A stretch of 64,000 nucleotides of DNA, from assembly GCF_009914755.1 (NCBI RefSeq), contig NC_060935.1; one strand, written 5' to 3'. Under the pieces are notes generated by a model. It was not told the origin of the DNA. It worked only from the letters and a program-made list of their open reading frames with translations, and ran no database searches. Positions 42,831 to 55,820 of this stretch are shown here, in pieces. Position 1 is the first letter of the stretch. Each line of letters opens with the position of its first letter. The position numbers were made by a program, and so were the translations under genes. Source of the stretch: the human T2T-CHM13v2.0 reference genome, Homo sapiens.

Positions 42831-42924
42831 ATGTGTGTATATGTATATATAAACATGGTGTACACAATATATATATATTCACTGTATATATATTCACTGT
42901 ATATATATATATACACACACACAT

Positions 42925-43230
42925 TCTGCTTATTCATTTAAAAATACCACTGAATTATCATTTGCAAGAATTTTTCAGTTGATTTTCTTTGGGTTTCCAC
43001 ATAATCATTTAATTTGTAAAAAATGATCATTTACATATCTCTTTTTAATTTTCATAATTTATGTATTTTTCTCTAATTTTGTTCACTGATGTTTCATCAC
43101 CATTGGCTATAAAGGACATGCTGGCTATCCTGACTCTAATACTTTAATGGAGATGCTTCTGGTATATTTCACTAAGCATGATGCCGTAATTAATATACAA
43201 CTCTATTTGTGTTTAAGAAGATAGGAATCT
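42925..43230 (-). mobile_element. Old L1M (L1ME-like) fragment
   Basis: ttttcagttgattttctttgggtttcc...ctttaatggagatgcttct...cactaagcatgatg is decayed antisense L1 ORF2. Confidence 0.55.
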
Positions 43231-43784
43231 TCACAGGTAGATAGGTAGATAGGTGATAAACAGACAGATTATTTTATGTAGACAATATACTAAGACACCA
43301 TAGCCCAGACTAATTGCTCCTCAGGAGTGACCTCTTAGGAACTATTTAGGCCCCTAAGCTGGGGCTCACAGTTCTCCAGCGTAGAGAGAGGGTTATGTTC
43401 AGCGTCTTGTTGAGGAGGTGCAGACAGCAGCCTAAGGCTAATCAGCCAGGTAGCTTCCATAAAGCCTACACTCTGGAAGAGGATGCAGACAAGGAAAGCC
43501 AGAGACCAGGGCTTATGCACCATACTCCCTGTGGTGACCAATAATAATATCATTATTTATAATTATTTCTTTATTAGCATATATATTAACAAAGCAGTAT
43601 CTTAAGAGTCATTTTTAATTTCCTCTTGTTTTATTTCAATTTGCCTATTTTATTTTGTTTTAATTTTACTTTTTTTTTACTAAGTTAGCTAATGGTTTAT
43701 CATGCTCACATTTTTTCCCCAAAAGATCAGCTGTTGAATTTTATATTTTTATGTTTTCATATTCATCAATATTGGTGAAGCAGC

Positions 43785-43960
43785 ACTTGTTTACATTTTT
43801 GTGGTATATAGGTCCCTTGGTGAATGTAATTAAAAACGATGGTCCTTTCTTTAGGAAAATCTACATGCTCACACATGCTTAAAATGTTGCACACAGTTTT
43901 CAGGGACTTTATTTTCCAGTCTGACATACATTCATAGATCTTAAATTGAGAAGCTCTATT
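43785..43960. mobile_element. Ancient hAT-Charlie-type MITE fragment
   Basis: ggtcccttggtgaatgtaattaaaaacgatggtcctttctttaggaaaat...aaaatgttgcacacagttttcaggg...ttgagaagctct resembles Charlie-derived MITEs. Confidence 0.45.
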
Positions 43961-44139
43961 CCCAAATATTGTCAAAGAGTTTATCTATTGAGTTTGCATG
44001 ATAAAGTTTAGCTCAGTTCACAGTCATTGCACATTTTAGAATCAGGGACAATATTAACAGTTTCAGGATTCTACTACTGCTCGAAGTACCACTACAACAA
44101 CTACTACTACTGATACTACTTCTGCCACTACTATTTTAA

Positions 44140-44352
44140 AAGATTTCAGTTATATGCCAGGCAATATGATGAGCTCTTTTACTTATTAACTATGGCATAA
44201 ACTCTAGGAAGAGAGTACTAGAGAGACAGTAATTGTCACCACTTTACAGATAATAAAAGTAAGACACAGAGAGGTACAGAAATTAGCCTCGAACTATACA
44301 GCTAGCAATCATTACAGCCAGGATGCAAACACTGGGAAGTCTAGTGCTAAAG
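44140..44352 (-). mobile_element. MIR
   Basis: tatatgccaggcaa...ccactttacagataataaaagtaagacacagagaggt...tacagctagcaa...agccaggatgcaaac. Confidence 0.7.
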
Positions 44353-44444
44353 GTGAGCGGTGTATATCTGAAGAAAAGTCATAATAAGCTCCATTATTAA
44401 TAGCCTCCTTATTGCTGCTCCATTTTTTATTTCCTTTACTTTAG

Positions 44445-44655
44445 TGCAGGAGATTTTGCATCCCACCAGACATTTGGCAATGCCTGGAGATACATTAAGT
44501 TGTCATAGATGCAGGGGCAGTGCTACTGGTATCTAGAGGATAGAGGCCAGGAGTGCTGCTAAATGTCTTACAATGCACCGAAGAACTCCTGACAACAAGA
44601 AATCTTCCAGTCCAAATATTCATAGTACATTGAGAGAGCAGTTGTGAAACTACTT
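44445..44655 (+). mobile_element. MER20
   Basis: gattttgcatcccaccagacatttggcaatgcctggaga...tgctactggtatctagaggatagaggccaggagtgctgctaaatgtcttacaatgcac. Confidence 0.88.
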
Positions 44656-44749
44656 TAGAGAAACTGGCATGGAAATTTCAGAGTACCGTATTTGGCAGCA
44701 ATAAGGCAAAATAAAAACAAGATTTGAGGAAACATCTTTAAATTATATT

Positions 44750-45183
44750 TGTTATGGGCTAAATTGCCCCTCTCCTGCAATTCATCTGTTTTAGTCTGAA
44801 CCCCCAGTATTTCAGAATGTGACTGTATTTAGCAATACGGCCTTTAAAGATGTGATTAAGTTAAAATGAAGCCATTGTGGGGTGCCTGTTTCAATCTGAC
44901 TGGCTTCCTGATAAGAAGAAATTTGGGTACACAGAAAAACAACAGGCATGCAAGTGCCTAAAGGGAAGATCCTGGGAAGAGGAAGCAAGATTATGAGCAT
45001 TTGCAAGCCAAGGAGACAGACCTGGAACAGATTCTTCCCTTATGGCACTTAGAGGAAACTAACGCTGCTGGAACTCTGATCTTGGACTTCCAGCCTCCAG
45101 AACTGTGAGAAAAATAAATTTTTGATTATTTAAGCCATTTAGTCTATGGTCTTTTGTTGTGGCAGCCCTATCAAACTAATACA
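44750..45183 (+). mobile_element. MLT1B/C solo LTR
   Basis: tgttatgggctaaattg...aacccccagtatttcagaatgtgactgtattt...tgatcttggacttccagcctccagaactgtgagaaaaataaa...ggcagccctatcaaactaataca. Confidence 0.9.
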
Positions 45184-46569
45184 TCACTTAAGGTTATAAA
45201 TAATTTTCAAGAACCTTTAGCACTCTTAAAGTATTCTTTTACATAATCCGTCGCTTTGCTAATTAAAAATGATTCACCTCTTTGGTAAACCTTGTGTTTA
45301 ATTGCATTTACTATGCAGCATTTTGTTAGCTTAATTTTCATTTTGTAGCAAAATCCACTTTAGCTTCCCATATCAGGCTGCCAGGGATTTAAAAAGTCTT
45401 TGAAACCTATATCCAAGTACACTGCCTCAATGAAACTGCTATGTGGACTGGTGGAGTTGGGGCTGGGTATTTTCTCCATATGCAAAATATCCTTTGGTAT
45501 TTGGATACATTTTCAAAGCTGTTGTCCTTCAAGTTTTGACAAATCACCTCAAAAGTTAAACTGGTCAATTAAAACGTCCTCAAAATGCAAACTGTTAACT
45601 TTGCTAATATTTAATGTGAAGCATCCTAAGCAATGCATTTTCAAAACATTTTCACAAATATTACCTAGAAACTGATTATAAAAATCAACATGACTTTATT
45701 CTAACTATTTGAAAACCAATGGATAAATGAATATACAGTTCAAGCTAGAGGACAGCCTAGATTTTAGCTTCATCCCATTTCTTTCTGTCAGACTTTTTTT
45801 TTTCAAAATTTCCTTGAGGATTTTGTCATGTTTGGAGAGCAAAAGTGGACATCCCACAGAAGCACTTATCCTTCTTTTAAACGTAGTAGCATCCTTTGCT
45901 TGGCTGATGAAACAAGCAAATTTCATACTCTTTCTTTTTGTCACTCTTGCTCTCATACTCTCTTCCAAGGACTGTTCTTGAAACCTTTCCCCTTTCCCCA
46001 TGCCAACTCGACAATACTACATCTATTGTTTGTCACTTATTTATTCTACCTGCTTTCTGTTGAGAATGAATCTTTTGGATATTTTACAGTGAATGGAATG
46101 GTTTTCACCCAGTCATGAGACTAGGAAACAGTCCAAATAACAGTCTTTGTGTCATTCTTCTAAAATCTCCCTTCTGGCTAATAAAAGCTTAGGAATTAGG
46201 ATGGGCATCTTGTAGATGGCCTATGTTATATTATCCTTATTACATTTTGACTCTTAAACTTGCCTCTGAGGCTTTCCATCAGTACCCATGGATGAATATT
46301 CATGTTACTAGAAAAATTAGTACATTGCTCAGTGAATCTATTGCTGTTAATATAACTGCTATAGCTCCTATGCTCTTTCCAAGGAAAAGGAATTGTGCCT
46401 TATTTATTTGTTTTTGTTTTGTTTTGTGTTTTGGCTAGTTATTTCTTTCATTATCTACCTGCTTCCCAAGTTGTATGCCTATATCAAAGCAAACTTTGAG
46501 TTTTTTTTTTTTTTTACTATTTTTTTCTCAGCAAGCTGTTGTCTTCTGCTAGAAGTTTCCTTTGATTTC

Positions 46570-46735
46570 AAGGACACTTTTTTGTTGCTTACAATGACTA
46601 GGGCAGGAGGTGCTATGGGCATTAGAATGAAGGGTCAAGGGATGCTAAACATCTTGCAATTTGCAGAGAAGTTCCAGACAAAGAAACATTTTTCCTGTCC
46701 CAAAGGGTAATAGCACACCTGTTGAAAAACACAGA
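46570..46735 (+). mobile_element. MER20-like fragment
   Basis: ggacacttttttgttgcttacaatgact...ggtgctatgggcattaga...agggatgctaaacatcttgcaat...gttgaaaaacac. Confidence 0.7.
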
Positions 46736-47975
46736 TAGCAATACTCTGGGTGTTACATTCTAGGTCAAGAATTTAGAGTCAGAAGTGTTGGTTGCCTGAA
46801 AGATAAAACATTTCTTGACAAGATACTTTTGTTATTTTATACATCTGAAACCTTAGTTTTACACCTGAGGCTCTGAGAGTAGGATGCATTATGTGCTGAT
46901 GATGACATCTGGAGAATGACATTGGAAGTTGCTTCAATGCAGTGACGTTGTTGGAAGTTTATGTTGAGGAATATATCTCCCGCGAAATGCAAGTCTAAGC
47001 TGAGAGAGCAAGCATCAGTCACCATTTCTTCAGCAAACATTTCCTGGGCATCTTTTGTATTCCATGCTATGCTAAGGTGCTCTGGAGCAGGAGATAAATT
47101 ATATGGGATGCTTGTCTCCGAGGAGCTATGTTCTATTGAGTAACTGGCTTTAAAAAATTATGCCTCCTACCAATGGTTGACCTTATCAATGACTCTGAGT
47201 CTTTGGGATTCTTTGGATTTATGTATTAACTGCTCAAGGGATGACTTGAGGGTCCTCTCCTCCTGCTATGTGCATGGTAATTAGGGCCTGGAGAAATGAA
47301 GTTCCTGTTTTAAGGATTTAAATAATTTAAATGCCCTCATTGACTGAAGAAATAGATTCTGTGATTTAAGACAGGCAAATTAAGGGCCAAAGGAGCTCAA
47401 AGAAAGGTTTTGTTGATTTGTTTCCGGTTTTTGTGTGTGTTTTTCTGTTTGAATTAATATATTAGTAATGAGTGTTTTGCAAATAGTGCATTTAATAGGA
47501 TAGATCCCTGGAAGACCTTGGATGAAAAGTTTTATGGATCTCTAAGACTCTAGAAAAAGGAAGATGTAAAAGGTTTAAAGATACTAGAGATGAGTGGGAA
47601 GGTTGAGATGCAGGGAGCATACAATAAAATAGAAACTAGCATCAAACTGGTTCTTCCATAAAATTTTTGTGACCTTGCTCATTTTTCATTCTCCCAGTTC
47701 AACTGTCAAAATCTGGAACCCAAAATTATTTATCAAATTCCCTTTGTCTGACACCAAAACCCATTCAGGTAATCACTTACCCCACAAACAATGTAATGAA
47801 ATTCAGGATCACAGAAAGAAATTACAGGCTCAGTAACCACTAATAATCAATATCTCTTTTTCTTTTATATATTCAGTCTCTCCCTCTTAATTGGACCTTA
47901 CCTTTTGTCATTTAAATACATTCAAGTAGCACCCTGTTAGTTATTTTCAATTTATATGGAAGATAGTGGACACAG

Positions 47976-48206
47976 TTTACATATATTATTATATATATAA
48001 TATATATAAAAATATCTTCCTTATGTATGTAATATATATATCTTCCATATATATGTAAAACTAACCATTACACTCATATATGAGGAATATATATAATTAT
48101 ATATAATATATATAATCGTCCATATATTATATTATATATATTATGTATGTACTTCTTCCATATATATATTATATATATACATCTTCCATATATATGTATA
48201 TATATC
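47976..48206. repeat. TA-rich low-complexity region with a recurring tcttccatatat unit
   Basis: Degenerate (TA)n with repeated atcttccatatatatgta-like units. Confidence 0.85.
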
Positions 48207-48422
48207 CCTGTTACATGTTCTTACACCATTTACTTTCCCTTCACACATTTTTACCTCAGTGATAATTTAAGTGGTTATGTGAGTAAAAATTTTCAATCCA
48301 AGATACCCTAAACCATGTGACATCAAATACCATCTTAAGATTTGCTCAATACTGTAACTTTAAGGCCTAGCCTAGTTCTAAGTACATGGGAGATATTCAG
48401 TACATATTTGAGTGAATAAGCT

Positions 48423-48502
48423 TTAGGTTGGTGCAAAAGTAATTGCGGTTTTTGTCATTACTTTCAATGGCAAAAACCTCAGTTACTTTTGCAGCAACCT
48501 AG
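48423..48502. mobile_element. MADE1 (80-bp Hsmar1-derived mariner MITE; the miR-548 source family)
   Basis: ttaggttggtgcaaaagtaattgcggtttttgtcatt-actttc-aatggcaaaaacctcagttacttttgcagcaacctag: two 37-bp inverted repeats with a 6-bp spacer. Confidence 0.96.
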
Positions 48503-48999
48503 TATATCCACATTGTACCCTAGCCTATTACACCAGTAATGAAATTAGAGTGAGACGGTCTGGAGTTCTGCTTCTTGTCCAAAGTATCCCATATTCACAT
48601 ATTCTATTTATCAACTCCTTGTCGATATCATGAACAAAATATCAAAATGATATCATGTTGATATAATCTTTATACATTTTTCCCCTTCCTGATCAGCCAA
48701 CTTCCCTAAAGCAGTTACACTAAGGGAACTTCTAGCCAATAGAATTATCTTTGTTGAAAGTCGGGAATTAGAAAACCTATATGCACTGAGAGTTAAAAAA
48801 AAATAGAGAAAAAGGTAATTAGGTGAAGTAGAGAATTCAAACAAACAAACAAACAACAACAACAAAAAAAAAAAAAAAGGAAAAAGGAGTAATTCGGTTT
48901 TGACCAATCCCTGGCATTCATCTGACAAGTGACTCTGCCCCCCAACCTTTTCTTTTCCAGATTGAGGTGAAATAGAAAATAATTTGTGATGCAGTAGAG

Positions 49000-49343
49000 C
49001 TGAGTTAGCAAATTATGTTTCCTGGGTCCAATTTAGTTCACTGCCTGTTTTTGTATAACTTATAAACTAAAAATTAAAAAAAAATTAATGAAGGTTTGAA
49101 AATTGTCAAAAAATCATATTTTGTGACATTGAGTAATTTTATGAAATTCAGATATCAGTATCCATAACATTTTATTATAAAACAACCACACTCATTCATT
49201 TCTGTATTGTCTATCGCTGCTGCTCTTCGTGCCGAAAAAGGGAGAACTGAGCAGTTGCAACGGAGACCATATGGCTCACAAAGTTGAAAATATTTACTAT
49301 TTGGTCCTTTACCAAAAAAAAAAAAAAAGTTTGCTGACAACTG
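49000..49343 (+). mobile_element. MER58B (hAT-Charlie)
   Basis: ctgcctgtttttgtata...ttatgaaattcagatatcagtatccata...accacactcattcatt...gagaccatatggctcacaaagttgaaaatatttactatttggtccttta...agtttgctgac. Confidence 0.88.
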
Positions 49344-49510
49344 CAAAATCCTAAACTACTCATTTATTCCAGAATAAATTTTTGCAAAATAATTTGGCTG
49401 GAGTATAACACATACTCATGCTCAATATTATGTATAGAAGTGTATTTTAAGGCTAAGTTAGTTACTTTTGGATCATTTATTATTTAGGATTGTCCATGGA
49501 ATAAACTTCC

Positions 49511-49688
49511 TTTTTTATTTTTATTTTTTGAGATGGGGTCTCACTCTGTCACCCAGGCTGAAGTGTAGTTGTGCAATCTTGGCTCACTGCAACCTCTGCT
49601 TCTTGAGCTCAAGTGATCCTTCTACCTCAGCCTCCTGTGTAGCTGAGACCACAGTCACATGCCAGCACACCTGGCCAATTTTTGTGTG

Positions 49689-49724
<36 letters not shown>

Positions 49725-49886
49725 TATATTTATATATATATACACACACATATATGTATATATGTATGTATATTATATATAATATATATATATAAATATA
49801 TATTATATATTTTTTTTGTAAAGACAGAGTTTCTGGTCTCAAACTCCTGACCCCAAGCAATCCACCCATCTTGGCCTCCAAAACTG
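49511..49886 (-). mobile_element. AluJ with a compound (TA)n(CA)n microsatellite expanded in its central linker
   Basis: gagatggggtctcactctgtcacccaggctg...gctcaagtgatcct. About 130 bp of TA/CA repeats at 49683-49810, then a partial left arm. Confidence 0.9.
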
Positions 49887-50064
49887 TAATCTGCCCTTTG
49901 AGGAAGCACAGATAATCAAGACATGATGGAATATTTTATGACATGAAGCACATCTAAACCCATAGCCCACTTGGTTATTATTATGTTTATGATTATGTTT
50001 AATTTTAGTTTGGAATCTGCCACTAACAGGAGCTATAGTGGAGAACATATAGTGTTCGCCGCAC

Positions 50065-50345
50065 CTGATCTAGATTCCAAGAAACCTTGCTTTGAATTTT
50101 AGGCCTTGCCATTTACTAGTTGCATGTCCATGGGCAGTTTATGCCACATAATGAAGGTTGTATCATCATCTTAAAATTGCAGTGTTAACTATAACAGCAT
50201 CATACTTTTGCAGGGTTAAATAGGAAAATGCATGGGAATAACTTGGCACACAGCCTGAAACATTGCAAAAGCTTGTTATGAGCTGTTTCACCTTGAGCAA
50301 GCCACTTAATGAGTTTTTCATCTTATATGTGAAGGGGTTGAGCTG
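50065..50345 (+). mobile_element. MIR fragments
   Basis: tttgaattttaggccttgccatttactagttgcatgtccatgggcagttta and ccttgagcaagccacttaa...ttttcatctt. Confidence 0.6.
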
Positions 50346-51951
50346 AAGAAAGCCTCACCTGCAACCTCAGCTTTTCTGTTGTTAAAGCTGGGTGTCGAAA
50401 TGAATGTCGAAATTGGTTACACATGGATTGCTAAAAAGAAAATATGGTCCTAGATCTCTTCATCAAGACAGCAAACTGACCAGCTTTTTCAGACACTGCT
50501 GAAGACATGAAACATTATACTGAGCAAGCAGCAAAACACACTTATTATTATTATTTTCAAGTGAAAATCCAAGTTATATTTTCATTAAGCATTAGACTAG
50601 TGAACATCTTCAAGCACACCTTTTCAATGTATGATAAAAGGCCAGTTTTTGGTCAGCTGCTGTATCTTAAGGTGAGGCATCAGGGAACAGTACTGCGGTT
50701 CTGTCTTCTGTTACACTGATGTGGTTCCACATTGAAATAACAATCTTCCTGGGAGTAAGAGTTGGAAGGATTTGCAGAAACATGTCTATTTTTGGTAGGA
50801 GAAGGCGCTCAGAGACAAGCAGTATACTACCATTTTATCTATTTGTCATACTTGAGAACTTCATTCCATTTTTCTGTAGGTTACCAATAAGGTACTCAAA
50901 AATACACAGTGATTAAATTAATGGTGGTGGATCACTGTCATTGCCAGACTTCTCTATAGCATAGAAGGACATTTTCCAAGGGATTGTTCCTGGAATTGGC
51001 TATTTTTTCTGCAGTTTTGTGGAGGGCAGCAGGAGCAAGCCATGGAAAGCTACTCCTCTTAGAAATTCCTGCTGATGTAGGCTAATGACGTGGCCTGTGG
51101 AGAAATGTAACACTCATGTTGCATGGCTTGGTTTGTCATATCTTGCAGCATATACACAATTATCTAAGGTTGGTGATACTTTTTCATGAGAATCTAACTG
51201 TAGTTTAGTCACTTAGCAAATGTGGGTCATTCCTTTATTTCCATTAAGGTTTCAGATAGAATAAACCCTTCAACCACACTCATCTGGCAAATCAGAGAGA
51301 TCTGATTCAAGACACTGTTGAGTTCTTGTACATAATCCATTGTGTTATATTAATTTAGAGCACCTAGTGTGATAGCCATGATGTAAATATTTTAAAGAAC
51401 TTGATGGTGTGGAATAGGCACTTTATGAGGTACAACAGAGTTGCCACTGGTTCATTTTTCTTTTTTGAGTCTGTTCCCCTGTCATAGTATATGCCAACAT
51501 GAATAAAAACAAGTCTAATGTAGTATTTTGATGAAAAGGGAGATATTTCTTTGTATGAGATGCATACCTCAGTCTTTGCCAAAGAAGGAGATATGAGAAG
51601 TTGACTTGCTTGAGTAGTCTGGCTACCCATTCCCTATCTGTATCCTAAAATATAAATTTTTTTTAGTCTAGTCCAGTCTCTGTTTTATTTTATTAGGTTT
51701 GTTTTGTCTCCTGCCTCCTCTCATTGTTGAAGCTTCTACACCAAACTCTTTCGAGATTTACTACTGATACCCTTGTAAATTTGTATTTTAGAGATGATAT
51801 GATGCTTGTTTTCATGGCTATTTAAATTTCAGGTAAGCATTATTCAATCTCAAAAATTTTTGCATATTAACAGGGCAAAAGGGCTTGGCTCAAAAATAAG
51901 AAAAGATACTCATTTGCAATATTATGGCCATTTAAAAATCCCTCTCTCCAA

Positions 51952-52039
51952 ATATATATATATGTATATATATGTATACACACACATATATATGTATATA
52001 TATATATTTATGTATGTGTGTGTATACATATATATACAC
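51952..52039. repeat. (TA)n/(TG)n compound microsatellite
   Basis: atatatatatgtatatatatgtatacacacacatata... Confidence 0.9.
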
Positions 52040-54018
52040 TTTTTTAGTTTAAAGTTGTGTGTATGCATATATTGTGGGAACTTAGATGTTCATTTGTGTT
52101 GGGTTTCTTCCAAGTGCCTCTACAAGGGGGTGATATCTGCTAGTGCTGCTTATATTTAAATCCATCCCATCTGGTCTGTGTCTCCTAGACTGTGCTGAAC
52201 AAATCATGGTACATACAGTGATAATCTAATAACATTTTTGTGAACTGCAGAAGAATAACTATCAAGAAATATAAATAGGGCAGGAGGCAGAGCAAGATGG
52301 CTGAATAGAACTTTCTAGTGATCATCCCCACTGCTGCCCAACAGGAACACCAAATTCAACAAATATCCACATAAAAAAGCACTTTCATAATAACCAAAAA
52401 TCATGTGAGTGATCACATTACCTGGTTCTAACATTATATTAAGGAAAAAGGCACTGAAAAGAGTAGAAAAGACAATCTTGAATTGTCAACACCACCCCTT
52501 CCCCACACTGTAGCAGTGTCTGTGTGGCACAGAGAATTCTGTGTGCTTAGGTAAGGGAAAGCACAGTGATTGTGGGACTTTGTATCGGAATTCAGTGCTG
52601 CTCTGTCACAGTGAAAAGCAAAATAGGATAGAATTGAGCCAGAGCTCAAGGGGGGAGCATTTAGACCATCCCTAGCCAGAGACAAGTTGTCCATTTCAGT
52701 AGTCAGAACCTAAGTTCCAGCTAGCCCAACCACCATGGGCTAAAGCATTTTGGAGTTCTAAATAAACAAGAAAGGCAGTCTATGCCACAGGGCTGCAATT
52801 CCTAGGCAAGTCTTGGCTCTGTACTGGGCTCAGAGCCAGTGGAATTGCAGTGCATACAACCTAGTGAGACACAAGCTGGGGTAGGAAAGGGAATGTTTGT
52901 GTCACCCATCTTCCAACCCCAGGTATTGCAGCTTGCACTTTGGGGAGAGACTCTTTCCTTCCATTTGAGGAGAGGAGAAGGAAGAGTGGGGAGGACTTTG
53001 TCTTGCAACTTGAATACCTGCTCAACTACAGTAGAATAAGGCACTGCGCTGAGTCCTGAGGATATCATTCCAGGCCCTAGCTCCTGAATAACATTTCTAG
53101 ACAAACTGTGGGACAGAAGGAAACCTGTTGCCTTGAAGGGAAGGGCCCAACCCAGTCCTGGGATGATTCATTTTCTGTTGACTAAGGAGCCCTTGGTCCT
53201 TGAATTAACATCATCTGTAGCCAGGCAGTACTTGCTGTAGGTCTAGGGTAGTGGTGTCCACAGGGAAAGATTCCTTCTTGAGTACAGAAGAGGAAAGAGT
53301 GGGAAGGACTTTGTCTTGCAGCTTGTGTGCCAGCTCAGCCACAGTAGATAGAACACTAAGTAGATTACCAATGTTCCTGACTCCAGGCTCTGGCTCCCAG
53401 ACAGCATTTTGGGATCCACCTTTGGCTGGGGAGAGAGCTTACCGCCTTGAAGTTAAGGAGATAAGCCTGGCTGTATTCTCCACTTACTGACTGTAGAGCC
53501 CTTGGGCCTTGAGTAAACACTGGTGGTAGCTAGGCATTGGTCACTGCAGGTCTTGGGTGAGACCCAGTGCAGTCCCAGTGGTGGTGGCCACAGGGGTGCT
53601 TGTGACACTACTCCCTACTCCAGGCAGCTCAAGGAGAGAGAAATTCCATTTTTAGGGGGGGAACATATGGGAAGAGAACAAGAATTTCTGCCTAGTAATC
53701 CAGGAAATTCTCTTGGATTTTACCCAAGATCACCAAGGCAGTACGTCTACAAGTCTTTAAGACTTACAGCATTACTGGTCTTGGGGTAACCCCTAATGCA
53801 GGTATGGCTGCAGTGACCATAGCCTTAGGTCACAACACTCAATTCCATTTGAATTATTGGAAAGCCTTCCCACGAAGGATAGGTACAAACTATTAATATA
53901 TTAAATATCCAACTCTTCAGTGCTCAGATACTGACAAACATTCACCAGCAGCAAGACCATCCAGGAAAACACGACTTCGCCAAACAAACAAAAAAGGGAC
54001 CAGTGACCAGCTGCAAAG

Positions 54019-54399
54019 TGATATGGTTTAGTTCTGTATCCCCACCCAAATCTCATATCAAGTTGTAATTTCCAGTGTTGGAGGTGGGGCTTGGTGGGAA
54101 GTGATTAGATCATGGGGGGAAGATTTCACCATTGGTGCCACTCTTGTAATTGTGAGTTATCACAAGTTGTGATTGTTCAAAAGTGTGTAATACCTCTCCC
54201 CTCTCTCTTTCTTCTTCTCCAGCCATGTAAGATGTGCCTGCTTACCTTCCACCTTCTCCCATAATTGTAAGTTTCCCTAGGCCTCTCCAGCTATGCTTTC
54301 TATAGAGCCTGAAGAACCATAAGCCAATTAAACCCCTTTTCTTTATAAATTATGCAGTTCAAATATTTCTTTATAGCAGTGTGAGAATGAATTGATACA
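54019..54399 (+). mobile_element. MSTA-like solo LTR inside the L1
   Basis: tgatatggtttagttctgtatccccacccaaatctcat...ccagtgttggaggtggggc...tttctttatagcagtgtgagaatgaattgataca. TSD caaag / tgaag. Confidence 0.92.
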
Positions 54400-55740
54400 T
54401 GAAGTGACAGAGATGTGTTACCTTTCAGGCAGATAATTCAAAATAGCTGTTTTAAAGGAGCATAATGAAATCCAACATAACACAGAGAAGGAATTCATAA
54501 CCATATCAGATAAATTTAACAAAGTGATTAGAAAAATTTTTAAAAATCAAGCTAAAATTCTACAGCTGAAAAATGCAATGTATATACTAAAGATATATCA
54601 GAGTCTCTTAACAGCAGAATTGATCAAGCAGAAGAAAGAACTGCTGATCTTGAATACAAGCCACTTGAAAATATGCAGTCAGAGAAGAAAAAAAAAATTA
54701 AATAAAAAGGAATGAAACACACTGATAAGATGTAGAAAATAGTCTGAAAAAAGCAAATCTAAGAGTCATTGGCCTTAAGGAGGAGGTGGAGAGATGGGGT
54801 TAGAAAGTTTATTCAAAGGGATAATAACAAAAAAATTCCCAAACCTATAGAAGGATATCAATATTCACATACAAGAATATTATAGAACACCAAACAGATT
54901 TAGCCCAAATAACACTACCTCAAATCATTTAATAATCAAACTCCCAAAGGTCAAAAATAAAGAAAAGATCCTAAAAGCAGCAAGAAAAAAAAAAAAACAT
55001 ACAAAGGAGCTCCAATAGATCTGACAGCAGACTTCTCAGTGGAAACCTCATAGGCCAGGAGAGAGAAAGTTTGAAATATTTGAAGTGTTAAGGAAAATGA
55101 AAACAAATTTTATCCCAGAATAGTATATCCAGCAAAAATAACTTTCAAACATGAGAGGGAAATGAAGACTTTCCCAGACAAATAAAACTTTAGGGATTTC
55201 ATTAATACCAGAACTGTCCTACAAGAAATGCTAAAGGGAGTTCTTCAGTCTGTTAAAAAAAAAAAAAAAAAAAAAAAAAAGAAGATAACACGCAATAGAC
55301 AATCATCTAAAGGTACAAAACTCACTGGTAATAGAAAGTACATAGACAAATACAGAATACTATAACACTGTAATTGTGGTGTATAACCTACTTATGTCTT
55401 GATTATAAGAAGAAAAAGAAGAACTGATGAAAAAAATAACTATACAACTTTTTAAGACTCAGACTATATAAAAAGATATACATAGAAACAATAAAAACTT
55501 GAAAAGTTATGGTGATAAAGTTAAAATGTAGAGTATGTATTAGATTTCTCTTTGACACATGTATTATTTTGTTTGCCTGCTTTTACAATTAGTGTTGAGT
55601 GGTCATCATTTTTTTAATTAAAGGCTTTAAGATATTTTCTGCAAACCTCATGGTAAATTCAAATAAAAAACCTACAAGAGATACACAAAAAATAAAACAA
55701 GCAAGAAAGTAACACATATGACCAGAGAAAATTATCTTCA

Positions 55741-55820
55741 AAGGAAAGGAAGGGAAGGGAGGGAAGGGGAGGGAAGGAGAAGGGGGGAGGAAAAGAGGAA
55801 AGGAGGGAGGGAAGGAGGAG
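55741..55820 (+). repeat. Polypurine (GGAA/GGGA)n tract
   Basis: aaggaaaggaagggaagggagggaaggggagggaaggagaaggggggagg... is purine-only over ~80 bp. Confidence 0.9.

Noticed and set aside
52930-53420. Direct repeat (gaagagtggg.aggactttgtcttgca.cttg) suggesting an array
   Set aside because: It sits within the L1M1-type 5'UTR and looks like that family's internal repeat. There are two diverged units and no spacer structure, so it is not CRISPR-like.
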